Positions 17,157-25,566 of a DNA stretch of 64,000 nucleotides are shown here, one piece after another. The notes under the pieces are model-generated. The model ran no database searches. It was not told the origin of the DNA and worked only from the letters and a program-made list of their open reading frames with translations. This DNA is from Candidatus Woesebacteria bacterium RIFCSPLOWO2_01_FULL_39_61. GTDB taxonomy: Bacteria; Patescibacteriota; Microgenomatia; UBA8517. Positions within the stretch are counted from its first letter, which is position 1; each line of letters starts with the position of its first letter. The position numbers and the translations under genes were made by a program. The stretch is taken from the NCBI GenBank assembly GCA_001793155.1, contig MGHI01000020.1:9898-73897 (forward strand). Direction: 5' to 3'.

Positions 17157-18188
17157 ATGAAACAAAAATTTTCTAAAATAACCCAATTTTTATTCAGACA
17201 AAAAAAACTCACTTTATTAATAATTGTTATTCTTGTAATAGCCGGTTATTTTATACGACGCACTTATTTTCCTTCAACCAGCGGGATTGAATCAACGAAA
17301 GTAGAAAAGGGAGTGGTACGGGAAGAACTAATTCTTTCCGGCGAAATTAAAGCAGAAGAGCATGCAAATTTATCATTCCTGACCCCAGGGAGTTTGGATT
17401 ATGTCGGTGTGACTGAAGGTCAAGAAGTAAAAAAAGGTCACGTTTTAGCAAAACTCGATACTGCGATACTCTATCAAACTTATCTTTCGGCTGAAGCTGA
17501 CCTTAGGCGCTATGGTGCATCGCGCGATAAAACCTATGACGATGTTCAGGGCCACGCAAAAGATGAAACCTTTGCCCAGAAAGAAACAAGAACGATTGCA
17601 GAGACAAATCGCGACAAGGCGTATAGAGCTTATGTTGCCGCCCAAGAGAACTTAGCTAACGCTTCACTTCGTGCCCCCTTTGATGGAGTCATTACTTCGA
17701 TTACACATCCTTATACGGGAGTAAATACGAGTTTGACAGAATCTCAAATAGAAATAGTCAATCCGGAAACTCTCTACTTTGAGGTGAGTGCAGATCAGAC
17801 CGAGGTTACGGATTTAAAAATGGGACAAAAGGTAAATGTAGTTCTTGATTCGTTTGCTTCCGAGGAGCTTCAGGGTGAGATTGCCTACATCGGCTATACC
17901 CCTAAAATCGGAGAAGTTGGTACAGCCTACAGGGTTAAAGTAAAAATGGTAAGTCAAACTGACACTGAAAAAATTCGGATAGGTATGAGCGGCGATTCAA
18001 AATTTGTTCTTTCAGAAACAGGCGACGTTTTATACGTTCCGCCTAAATTCATTAAAACTGATGTTAAAGGGAAATATGTAAAAAAGCATCGGAAAAATAA
18101 TAAAATTTATGTGGAAGTTGGAGTAGAAGGCGAAGATAGGGTGGAGATAAAAGGTGATATTAAAGAAGGCGATCTTGTGTATGATTAA
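17157..18188 (+). CDS. MacA/HlyD-type efflux adaptor (membrane fusion protein)
   Basis: N-terminal TM, lipoyl half-motifs (VTEGQEVKKGHVLAKLD; LRAPFDGVI), coiled coil, RIGMSG, VPPKFI. Confidence 0.88.
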   Translation: MKQKFSKITQFLFRQKKLTLLIIVILVIAGYFIRRTYFPSTSGIESTKVEKGVVREELILSGEIKAEEHANLSFLTPGSLDYVGVTEGQEVKKGHVLAKLDTAILYQTYLSAEADLRRYGASRDKTYDDVQGHAKDETFAQKETRTIAETNRDKAYRAYVAAQENLANASLRAPFDGVITSITHPYTGVNTSLTESQIEIVNPETLYFEVSADQTEVTDLKMGQKVNVVLDSFASEELQGEIAYIGYTPKIGEVGTAYRVKVKMVSQTDTEKIRIGMSGDSKFVLSETGDVLYVPPKFIKTDVKGKYVKKHRKNNKIYVEVGVEGEDRVEIKGDIKEGDLVYD

Positions 18189-18858
18189 GCTAGAAAACGT
18201 ATGCAAATCTTACTTTCTTGGAGAAGAAGAGGTTAAAGCAGTAGATTCTGTAAGCCTTCAGATAAAAGAAAAAGAATTTATCGGAATTCAGGGATCTTCG
18301 GGCAGCGGGAAATCGACATTGATGTACCTTATCGGCCTTTTAGAAACTCCTACTTCTGGGAAAATTATTCTCGAAGGCAAAGACGTATCCAAGTTATCAG
18401 ACGACGATCTTTCAAAAATAAGAAACCGAAAAGTAGGATTTGTCTTTCAGTCATTCAATCTAATAAATCGTTTTACAGTTTTTGAAAACGTCTTGCTTCC
18501 AACTAAATATGCGAAATCCGGGCTGGATTTTGATCCGGTAAAAAGCGCTGAAGAACTTTTAAAAAGGTTCGGAATATATGACCGGCGGAATTTCTTTCCA
18601 AATAAAATATCGGGTGGACAACAGCAAAGAGTTTCTATAGCCCGTGCTCTTATTATGAAACCCAAGATAATACTTGCCGATGAACCGACGGGTAATTTAG
18701 ACAGCAAAACAGGAGACGAAATCATTAATATTTTGGAAGATTTGAACAAAGATTTGGGGGTAACGGTGATTATCGTGACTCACGAGAGTGAAATTGCGAA
18801 AAAAACCAAAAGAAAAATTTATATTAAGGACGGTCGTCTGGCGGAGAAATATTTGTAA
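18181..18858 (+). CDS. ABC transporter ATP-binding protein (MacB/LolD type)
   Basis: Walker A GSSGSGKST, GFVFQSFNL, ISGGQQQRV, LADEPTGNLD, VTHE. Confidence 0.95.
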   Translation: MIKLENVCKSYFLGEEEVKAVDSVSLQIKEKEFIGIQGSSGSGKSTLMYLIGLLETPTSGKIILEGKDVSKLSDDDLSKIRNRKVGFVFQSFNLINRFTVFENVLLPTKYAKSGLDFDPVKSAEELLKRFGIYDRRNFFPNKISGGQQQRVSIARALIMKPKIILADEPTGNLDSKTGDEIINILEDLNKDLGVTVIIVTHESEIAKKTKRKIYIKDGRLAEKYL

Positions 18859-18975
18859 ATTTTTAATTTGCAATTTTGAATTTCTAATGAATTTTTAATT
18901 AGATAATTCAGTAAATTGAAATCAAATAAAAGTTAAGAATTAAAAAAAATAAAATTATTAAAATGAAAATTCAAA
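18859..18975. repeat. AT-rich degenerate heptamer array
   Basis: T-rich units (TAATTTG, CAATTTT, GAATTTC) followed by complementary A-rich units (AAATTGA, GAATTAA, AAAATTA, AAAATTC). Confidence 0.45.
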
Positions 18976-20180
18976 ACGGTTATATTCACCTTGCCAAATC
19001 TGCTCTTGAAGATTTTAGAAGAAACAAAGTACGCACATTTTTGACTTCGCTGGGAATAATGATTGGAGTTCTTTCCGTGGTTTTGTTGATTTCATTAGGG
19101 TTAGGACTCAAAAATTATTTAAAACAACAGTTTGAGAGTTTGGGTGCGAATCTGATAATTATATTTCCGGGAAACATTTCATCAAGCGAGGAGGGAGGTG
19201 GTCTAGCGAATTTTGGTGCGGGGTTTGCGGGAGGAGCTAATTTTGACGAAAGAGATTATGAGAGCTTGAAAAGATCTGTTGAAGCGGATTATGTTGTTCC
19301 GCTTTTCATGAAAAGTAGTGTAGTTGAAAGCAATGGTAAAAGGAAATTAGGTTATTTAATGGGATCGAATGAGGAGTCTTTTAAAATTCTTAATTTGGAA
19401 ATTCTTGCCGGTGATTTTTTTCTGAAAGGGGATGTTTCCGCAAGGGCCAAAAAAGCCGTGCTGGGTTATAATTTGGCCGATGCCTTATACGAAAAACCAG
19501 AAGATGCAATCGGAAAAACCATAAGGGTTGCAGATCAAAGATTTAAAGTAATAGGTGTTTATAAGAAAAAGGGAGACAGGGAACAGGATGGTGCAGCGGT
19601 AGTTCCATATCGGAGTACGTTCGGTACTTTAAATCCCGATAAAACATTTTTTACGATTTATCTTGGAACCATAAATGAGGATAAAGTGGAGTCAATAAAA
19701 ATTCAAGCGAAAGAAGTGCTCCTCAAAAGGTATAAGGCGGATGATTTTACTGTTACCGAGCAGTCTGAACTTTTATCAACGGTTAATCAAATATTCAACA
19801 TTGTAAACGGAGTATTAGTTGCCATCGGTTCGATTTCGTTAATCGTAGGGGGTATCGGAATAATGAATATTATGTATGCAACTGTCACTGAAAGGACAAA
19901 AGAGGTTGGTATTAGGCGTGCGGTAGGTGCGACCCAAAAAGATATTTTAAAGCAATTTCTGACAGAAGCAGTAATGCTTTCGGTTTTTGGAGGACTTTTA
20001 GGATTAATTCTTTCATCATTAATCGTTTTGGGCATACGTGTATTTTTTCCGGCGTCAATAAATCTTTTTTCTGTTGTCATCACTTTGGTTATTTCTTCAG
20101 GCATAGGAATATTTTTCGGAGTTTTTCCTGCACGACGTGCCGCTAAGCTTTCCCCGATTGAGGCGATAAGATATGAATAA
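18963..20180 (+). CDS. ABC transporter permease (MacB/FtsX type)
   Basis: RTFLTSLGIMIGV, ISLIVGGIGIMNIM, VTERTKEVGIRRAVGA, PARRAAKLSPIEAIRYE. Confidence 0.95.
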   Translation: MKIQNGYIHLAKSALEDFRRNKVRTFLTSLGIMIGVLSVVLLISLGLGLKNYLKQQFESLGANLIIIFPGNISSSEEGGGLANFGAGFAGGANFDERDYESLKRSVEADYVVPLFMKSSVVESNGKRKLGYLMGSNEESFKILNLEILAGDFFLKGDVSARAKKAVLGYNLADALYEKPEDAIGKTIRVADQRFKVIGVYKKKGDREQDGAAVVPYRSTFGTLNPDKTFFTIYLGTINEDKVESIKIQAKEVLLKRYKADDFTVTEQSELLSTVNQIFNIVNGVLVAIGSISLIVGGIGIMNIMYATVTERTKEVGIRRAVGATQKDILKQFLTEAVMLSVFGGLLGLILSSLIVLGIRVFFPASINLFSVVITLVISSGIGIFFGVFPARRAAKLSPIEAIRYE

Positions 20181-20274
20181 AATCCAAAGTGGAGGTGTGA
20201 TAGTATAAAACGAAATCTGGTATGTCATTCTCTTTTAAGATGAAAAACTCCGCGTATAATTCGGAAAGAATGTC

Positions 20275-21216
20275 ATGAAAAAAATTGCAATTTGTGGAAG
20301 TATGTTTTTCTACAATAAAATGGTAAGTCTTCGGGCACAACTTGAAGCCCTCGGTTTTGCAGTTGATATACCTACATCTTTTGAGGAAATGGGTTTAATA
20401 AAATATGACAGATACACGCAAGAAGAGGGAAGGAAGTTGAAACTGGAGCATAATTTAATAGAAGGCTATTACAAAAAAATATGCGCGTCCGAAGGAATTT
20501 TAGTAGCCAACTATAAGAAAAAAGGGATCGAAGGTTACGTTGGGGGGAATACCTTGTTAGAGATTGGTTTTGCGTATGTAAATAGACGGGATATTTTTAT
20601 GGTAAACACCACTCCTGACATACAATATAAGGCTGAAATAGAAGCTATGAAACCTATTGTGGTTGGTGAGGAAATCAAGAAAATAAAAAATTACTATAGA
20701 AATCTTCCTAAAGTTTTTGTGAGCTCGAAAAATCAAATTAAACTTGACTCGGTTTGCTTCGGTTTTAGGAAAATCGGTAAGACATTTGATGTAAATGGGT
20801 TTAAAACTAAGTCGGGTGTTGCCGAGCAGCCAACGTCTATTGAAGAAACTTACCTCGGAGCAAAAAACAGGTTAGAGGATTTAAGAAAGAAAGTGAAAGG
20901 TAAAAAATATTCCTATTTAGTATCTATTGAAAGCGGGTTAGCAACACTTCTTTCAAATCATAATTACTTTGGATTTAGTGTTTGCGTTATTGTAAACACC
21001 AAGGGATTAGAAAAATTAAGCATAACTACAGAATTAGAAATTCCAAAAAGTATGACAAGCCTTGTTCCGAATCCCTACCCCGACTTAGGTGTTTTAGTTC
21101 AGGAAAAATATGGATCAAGGATTAAGGATCCTTATTTTTATATTACTAAGGGTAAGGTTTCAAGAGTAGATTTGCTTACTCAATCGGTAGCAAACACTGC
21201 CTCTTTGTTTAAATAA
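20275..21216 (+). CDS. fusion: nucleoside 2-deoxyribosyltransferase-like domain + YjjX/DUF84 non-canonical purine NTP phosphatase
   Basis: N-term ICGSM...ILVAN...GYVGGNTLLEIGFAY; C-term SSKNQIK...SGVAEQPTSIEETYLGAKNR...IESG...TKGKVSR. Confidence 0.7.
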   Translation: MKKIAICGSMFFYNKMVSLRAQLEALGFAVDIPTSFEEMGLIKYDRYTQEEGRKLKLEHNLIEGYYKKICASEGILVANYKKKGIEGYVGGNTLLEIGFAYVNRRDIFMVNTTPDIQYKAEIEAMKPIVVGEEIKKIKNYYRNLPKVFVSSKNQIKLDSVCFGFRKIGKTFDVNGFKTKSGVAEQPTSIEETYLGAKNRLEDLRKKVKGKKYSYLVSIESGLATLLSNHNYFGFSVCVIVNTKGLEKLSITTELEIPKSMTSLVPNPYPDLGVLVQEKYGSRIKDPYFYITKGKVSRVDLLTQSVANTASLFK

Positions 21217-21285
21217 CGGCTTAACGAGGGTTAAATAAGCTTCCACTTGTTATTTCAAATGATAATCTGCTAGGATTGAAACTAT

Positions 21286-22446
21286 ATGGAAAAGATAGTT
21301 ATTGTCATGGCTGCGTGGAACGAGGCAGAGAACATTAAGAAAATGATTGATACTTTATTTGACGAAGTTTTCCCCAAAATCGGTGCGGAAGTGCACCTTT
21401 TGGTTGCCGATAATCACTCGACCGACGGAATGACCCAGATTGTTGAGGAAGAGATGAAAAAGCGAAACAATCTTCATATTGTTCAGCAAACAAAAACAGG
21501 TTTAGGATATGCGTACGTAGACGGTTTTAAGTATGCAGTGGAAAAACTCGGCGCGGATGCAGTAATGGAGATGGATGCCGATGGCCAACATCCTCCGGAG
21601 TTCGTAAAACCCATGGTTGAAGCATATCTGTCTGGCGCGGAATATGTCATCGGATCAAGGTACATTCCCGGAGGATCTATTCCGAAAGAGTGGGCGTTTT
21701 TCAGAAAGTTTGTAAGCTATTTTGGGAATTTATACATTAGGCTGGTTTTACTTAAACCTTCGATTCACGATTTGACAACAGGATTCCGTCTTACTAGAGT
21801 GAAGGGTGTTTTGGATAAGATCAATCTCGATAATTTAATGGAGAAGGAAAGATTTGCTTATAAAGTCGATTTACTCTATCAAAGTATCAAAAATTCAAAA
21901 AAGACGGTTGAAGTACCCCTTGAATTTAAACCGCGAACAACCGACAAATCGAAATTTAATATAACGGAGACATTAGCTACTCTTAAAGTTGCAACTATAT
22001 TAGGTGTTAAGGATAAACAAAGATTTATTAAATTCGGGACGGTTGGGTTTATCGGTTATATTGTTAATGCAATCGGTCTTGAAGTATTCGCAAAGTTGAC
22101 TTTTCCCGAATGGGCTATATGGGCAGCAGCAACAGAACTTGCGATTATCAGCAACTTTATCTTAAATAATATTTGGACTTTTAAGGCAGAAAAAATTACA
22201 GGACTTACTCAATTATTAAGAAAATTTTTACAGTTTAACGGGACCAGCGTTGGGGCTTTGATAATTCAGGCGGTTTTCGGCACTCTCGGTGTTTTAGTCT
22301 TTGGCCCCGGCGCAAGACAGTTAATATTACCGTTTATCATACTGTTTTTGGTGTTACCGTATAACTACTTTATGTATAACGCGGTTATCTGGAAGACTTG
22401 GAAACTTCCTTTCCTCGAAAAGATTAAAAGTAAATCCTCAAATTGA
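21286..22446 (+). CDS. polyprenol-phosphate mannose synthase-like GT2 fused to GtrA flippase domain
   Basis: AAWNEAENI, DNHSTDG, GLGYAY, EMDADGQH, GSRYIPGG, DLTTGFR; C-term RFIKFGTVG...NFILNNIWTF. Confidence 0.9.
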   Translation: MEKIVIVMAAWNEAENIKKMIDTLFDEVFPKIGAEVHLLVADNHSTDGMTQIVEEEMKKRNNLHIVQQTKTGLGYAYVDGFKYAVEKLGADAVMEMDADGQHPPEFVKPMVEAYLSGAEYVIGSRYIPGGSIPKEWAFFRKFVSYFGNLYIRLVLLKPSIHDLTTGFRLTRVKGVLDKINLDNLMEKERFAYKVDLLYQSIKNSKKTVEVPLEFKPRTTDKSKFNITETLATLKVATILGVKDKQRFIKFGTVGFIGYIVNAIGLEVFAKLTFPEWAIWAAATELAIISNFILNNIWTFKAEKITGLTQLLRKFLQFNGTSVGALIIQAVFGTLGVLVFGPGARQLILPFIILFLVLPYNYFMYNAVIWKTWKLPFLEKIKSKSSN

Positions 22447-22471
22447 GAGTTTTTGATAGATTATTAAAAGT

Positions 22472-23386
22472 ATGATTTTTTCAAGGAATATTTTAGGTAA
22501 AATGATCGAAATGGGTGTAAGTTCGGAAGAAAGAGAAAAAGAATTTGAGAGATTTATAGTAGCCCAATATTTAAGATACACTTCGGTTGACGAAGTATTC
22601 CGTAAAAATAATTATGATCTGCCGATATCCTACCCTGGTGTTCATCGACTTCTTGATCGCTGGGGAATCATTAAGGCTGCCGGTCCGAATTCAAAATTAT
22701 CGGAAGCCATTTGTTTTTTGACATGCCTTTCAGACCGAAAAATTCCTCTGGAGCGACTTTATAAGAATATGCCCCCTAGCTTTAAGACTTCAATGGCTAC
22801 AATGCACAGGATTATGCATAACGTAAAAAAGGGTGTTGTAAGAAGAGCTGGTACTGCTTTAATTGTTACACCGCACGATAGCCCGGATTCGTTTTTGGTC
22901 GGTAATGATATTTCCACTCCCAGAATCGAGTTCGGTAAACCATATGGCTCTGTTTCCGTACCCATGACATTTTCTAAGCGAAGAGAACCGGTTAAAGAGT
23001 CGATATTAAGGATACTTCAGCAGGAAGTTTTTACGGAAAATGTTCTTAGCGGACGAACTCCGTTTGAGGTTATACCTCAAAACCCCGAACCTTTTATGTA
23101 TCTTGATATTGCCGATGTCAGAGTGGGAGTATATAATATCCGGCTTCCGAAGGAGCTTTCCGATACACAGGCATTTTCAAGTTATAAACTCGAGAATTTC
23201 CGTTACATAAACTTTTCAGAAGTACAGGACAATCCCGAACAAAACTACAGGTCAGGAATTACCGAAATGGCGACGGGATACAATAATTATCTGCAGAAAG
23301 ATGCGCATGGATTTTCGTCTAAGCCGGTCTTTGAAATATCACTCCTGAATCAGCAATTAGCACTGCTCCCGCTGTACTCTCAATGA
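22472..23386 (+). CDS. hypothetical protein, putative HTH repeats plus degenerate Nudix-like domain
   Basis: Two helical HTH-like segments (ISYPGVHRLL; SMATMHRIM), then ALIVT..FLVG..SVPMTFSKRREPVKESILRILQQEV resembling a decayed Nudix box. Confidence 0.5.
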   Translation: MIFSRNILGKMIEMGVSSEEREKEFERFIVAQYLRYTSVDEVFRKNNYDLPISYPGVHRLLDRWGIIKAAGPNSKLSEAICFLTCLSDRKIPLERLYKNMPPSFKTSMATMHRIMHNVKKGVVRRAGTALIVTPHDSPDSFLVGNDISTPRIEFGKPYGSVSVPMTFSKRREPVKESILRILQQEVFTENVLSGRTPFEVIPQNPEPFMYLDIADVRVGVYNIRLPKELSDTQAFSSYKLENFRYINFSEVQDNPEQNYRSGITEMATGYNNYLQKDAHGFSSKPVFEISLLNQQLALLPLYSQ

Positions 23387-23561
23387 CAAGGTCTTCATTA
23401 TTAGTTGGCACCCGATTGACTTCTGGGAAAAATTTTGGGCGTGCAGGTTCATGAAATAGGCTTACCGAACCATCGAGGTGTATCTTTCCAGTTAGGTTAT
23501 ATCTTTCTTTGTAGATAGTTTGCATCCTCCAATGTCTCGGTACTTCGGACATAAGATACAT
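23319..23561 (-). CDS. small protein resembling the N-terminus of DUF35 (Zn-ribbon/OB) proteins, without the Cys ligands
   Basis: MSEVPRHWR..KERYNLTG resembles my recollection of DUF35 N-termini; TAAAAT lies 9 nt upstream of the ATG. Confidence 0.45.
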   Translation of the reverse strand: MYLMSEVPRHWRMQTIYKERYNLTGKIHLDGSVSLFHEPARPKFFPEVNRVPTNNEDLVIESTAGAVLIADSGVIFQRPA

Positions 23562-23596
23562 AGTAAACGAATTTTACTTGCACTAACTATCAAGAA

Positions 23597-24754
23597 TTAG
23601 AGAAGAGGACCCCAATCGGAGATGGGCATCACATTTTGGGAGATATAGGTTATTGAGAAAAGATATATAGGTATGATAAGTACCATCATGACCAGTTTAA
23701 ATTCCTTTTTTAAGATCGTGTCAGAAAAAGCAATAAATAAAAACGGAACTATTGGAAGCGAGTATCTTATTAAATCCCTGTGAGACACAAAAAGGGTGGA
23801 GGCAAAAAATATTGCAGTAAACCAAGCGATTTCGAATTCTTTCATTTTAATTAATTTCAATATCCCCAAAATACCAAAAAGGTATACAAATATGATTTCT
23901 TCTAGCCAGTAAGTCCCGACCCAGGGTTGGCTGTAATTAAAAATTTGAAAAGGCGGAAAAAAAAGATGAATATTGTCCCCAGAATGAAAATAAGCAAAAA
24001 AATCATTTAATCTTACTTTGTATAAAACAAAAACAAGGATAAGTGACGAGGGTATTAGGAGTATTGATAGCAAGGCCTTGATATTCACGACCTGTTTCCA
24101 TTTTGAAAACGTTGCCGTTGCCGCATATTTTAAGTTCGGTAATAAAAGTATCATTAAATAAGCAATAAAAAGCAGAATTCCTGGGGACTTGGTCAGTTGG
24201 GCAATAACACCCCAAACTCCGGCCCTGAAATATTTTTTCTTTCTAAAATAAAAGACAGATGCAATAATGGCAGCTACAAAAAGAGGTTCGGGAGATCCTA
24301 CCGATCTGACTATTAACCATCGGGCTGGAAGTAGCGCAAAAACGGTTGTAATCCAGACAATACCCTTTTTGTCAACGAACTCGGAGACAATTCTTGAGAA
24401 GAAATATAAAGCCAATATTGAGGACAATAAGGTAATGCCAAGCATTGCATACGGAAAACCGGTATATTTGCCGATTAATCTAATAAGGACTGGATAAAGA
24501 GGGAGATGAGCAGCATAATAACCTGAGGGAAGTCCGAATTCGAAGTTATTAATCTCTGCGGGGTCATATAAACTTTTGGCAACTGCGATAAAAAGCGGTC
24601 CGTCGTAGTTTGCAACAATTGTTGCCATACCGCCCTTCGACAATGGGATTCCCCAAATACTTGGTAGTCTAAAAAAGAACGGAAACCAGATAAAAAGAGT
24701 GGGGATTAGCGATATGAGAATGATTGCGGCTAAATTCTTAAAATTTTTGCCCAT
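23597..24754 (-). CDS. GT-C mannosyltransferase-like membrane protein (PIG-V-like)
   Basis: NYDGPLF, AAHLPLYP, SPEPLF, TKSPG, RYSLP; multi-TM. Confidence 0.75.
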   Translation of the reverse strand: MGKNFKNLAAIILISLIPTLFIWFPFFFRLPSIWGIPLSKGGMATIVANYDGPLFIAVAKSLYDPAEINNFEFGLPSGYYAAHLPLYPVLIRLIGKYTGFPYAMLGITLLSSILALYFFSRIVSEFVDKKGIVWITTVFALLPARWLIVRSVGSPEPLFVAAIIASVFYFRKKKYFRAGVWGVIAQLTKSPGILLFIAYLMILLLPNLKYAATATFSKWKQVVNIKALLSILLIPSSLILVFVLYKVRLNDFFAYFHSGDNIHLFFPPFQIFNYSQPWVGTYWLEEIIFVYLFGILGILKLIKMKEFEIAWFTAIFFASTLFVSHRDLIRYSLPIVPFLFIAFSDTILKKEFKLVMMVLIIPIYLFSITYISQNVMPISDWGPLL

Positions 24755-24851
24755 GTAGCCAAATAATATACCGTTTAGTTGTGTGAGACAAGCTTACTTG
24801 AGCCGATGGAAGTGTCAGCTTCATTTGTGCTAGACTTCAAATGTTAGATAT

Positions 24852-25562
24852 ATGGCTTATTTACTTAAAGAACTATCGGTTTTTTTCCCGGTATATAACT
24901 TAGAAGCCCAGATTAAGGACACACTTGTTAATGCACTTGAGACGATTCCTAATTTGGCTGAAAAATACGAAATTATCGTAGTCAACGACGGGAGTTATGA
25001 TAGAACGGGCGAAATCCTATCCGAAATTGCTAAGAAAAATACAAATATACGAATAATTACCCACAAAAATAATCGCGGGTATGGAGGGGCATTAAAATCA
25101 GGGTTTTATGGTTCCAAATATGAATGGATTGCGTTTACCGATGCCGACGGACAGTTTGACATTTCCGAACTTCCTAACTTGATTAATTTACAGAAGCGAA
25201 CCAAGGCAGATTTGGTTGTCGGATACTATATGAAAAGAGCCGTTAAGTTTTACAGAAAAGTAAACACTTGGCTTTGGCAGCTTGTTGTGAGAATACTTTT
25301 CGGATTAAACGTAAAGGATATTGATTGCGGTTTTAAGTTAATTTCAAAAAAGGTACTCTCCGGAATTGACCCACTGGAGTCGGAAAGGGGAGCCTTTGTT
25401 TCGAGCGAATTTTTAATTAAGGCGCAAAAAGCAGGATTTAAGATAGTGGAAATAGGAGTCCATCATTATCCCAGAACCGAAGGAAGGGGAACCGGAGCGG
25501 ATTTAAATGTAATAATCAGGAGCTTTATTGACCTTTTCAAATTATGGAAAAAACTCAGATGA
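24852..25562 (+). CDS. polyprenol-phosphate glycosyltransferase-like GT2
   Basis: FFPVYN, VNDGSYD, NRGYGGAL, FTDADGQFD, DIDCGFKL, HYPR. Confidence 0.9.
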   Translation: MAYLLKELSVFFPVYNLEAQIKDTLVNALETIPNLAEKYEIIVVNDGSYDRTGEILSEIAKKNTNIRIITHKNNRGYGGALKSGFYGSKYEWIAFTDADGQFDISELPNLINLQKRTKADLVVGYYMKRAVKFYRKVNTWLWQLVVRILFGLNVKDIDCGFKLISKKVLSGIDPLESERGAFVSSEFLIKAQKAGFKIVEIGVHHYPRTEGRGTGADLNVIIRSFIDLFKLWKKLR

Positions 25563-25566
25563 AGAT

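Noticed and set aside
20190..20201. GGAGGTGTGA as SD site or extra REP copy
   Set aside because: No suitably placed long ORF follows, and the match to the RAYT flank is only about 9 nt.
21225..21234. Short TTAAC...GTTAA-type dyad after the NDT-YjjX gene as a terminator
   Set aside because: Stem is short and AT-rich with no T-tract.
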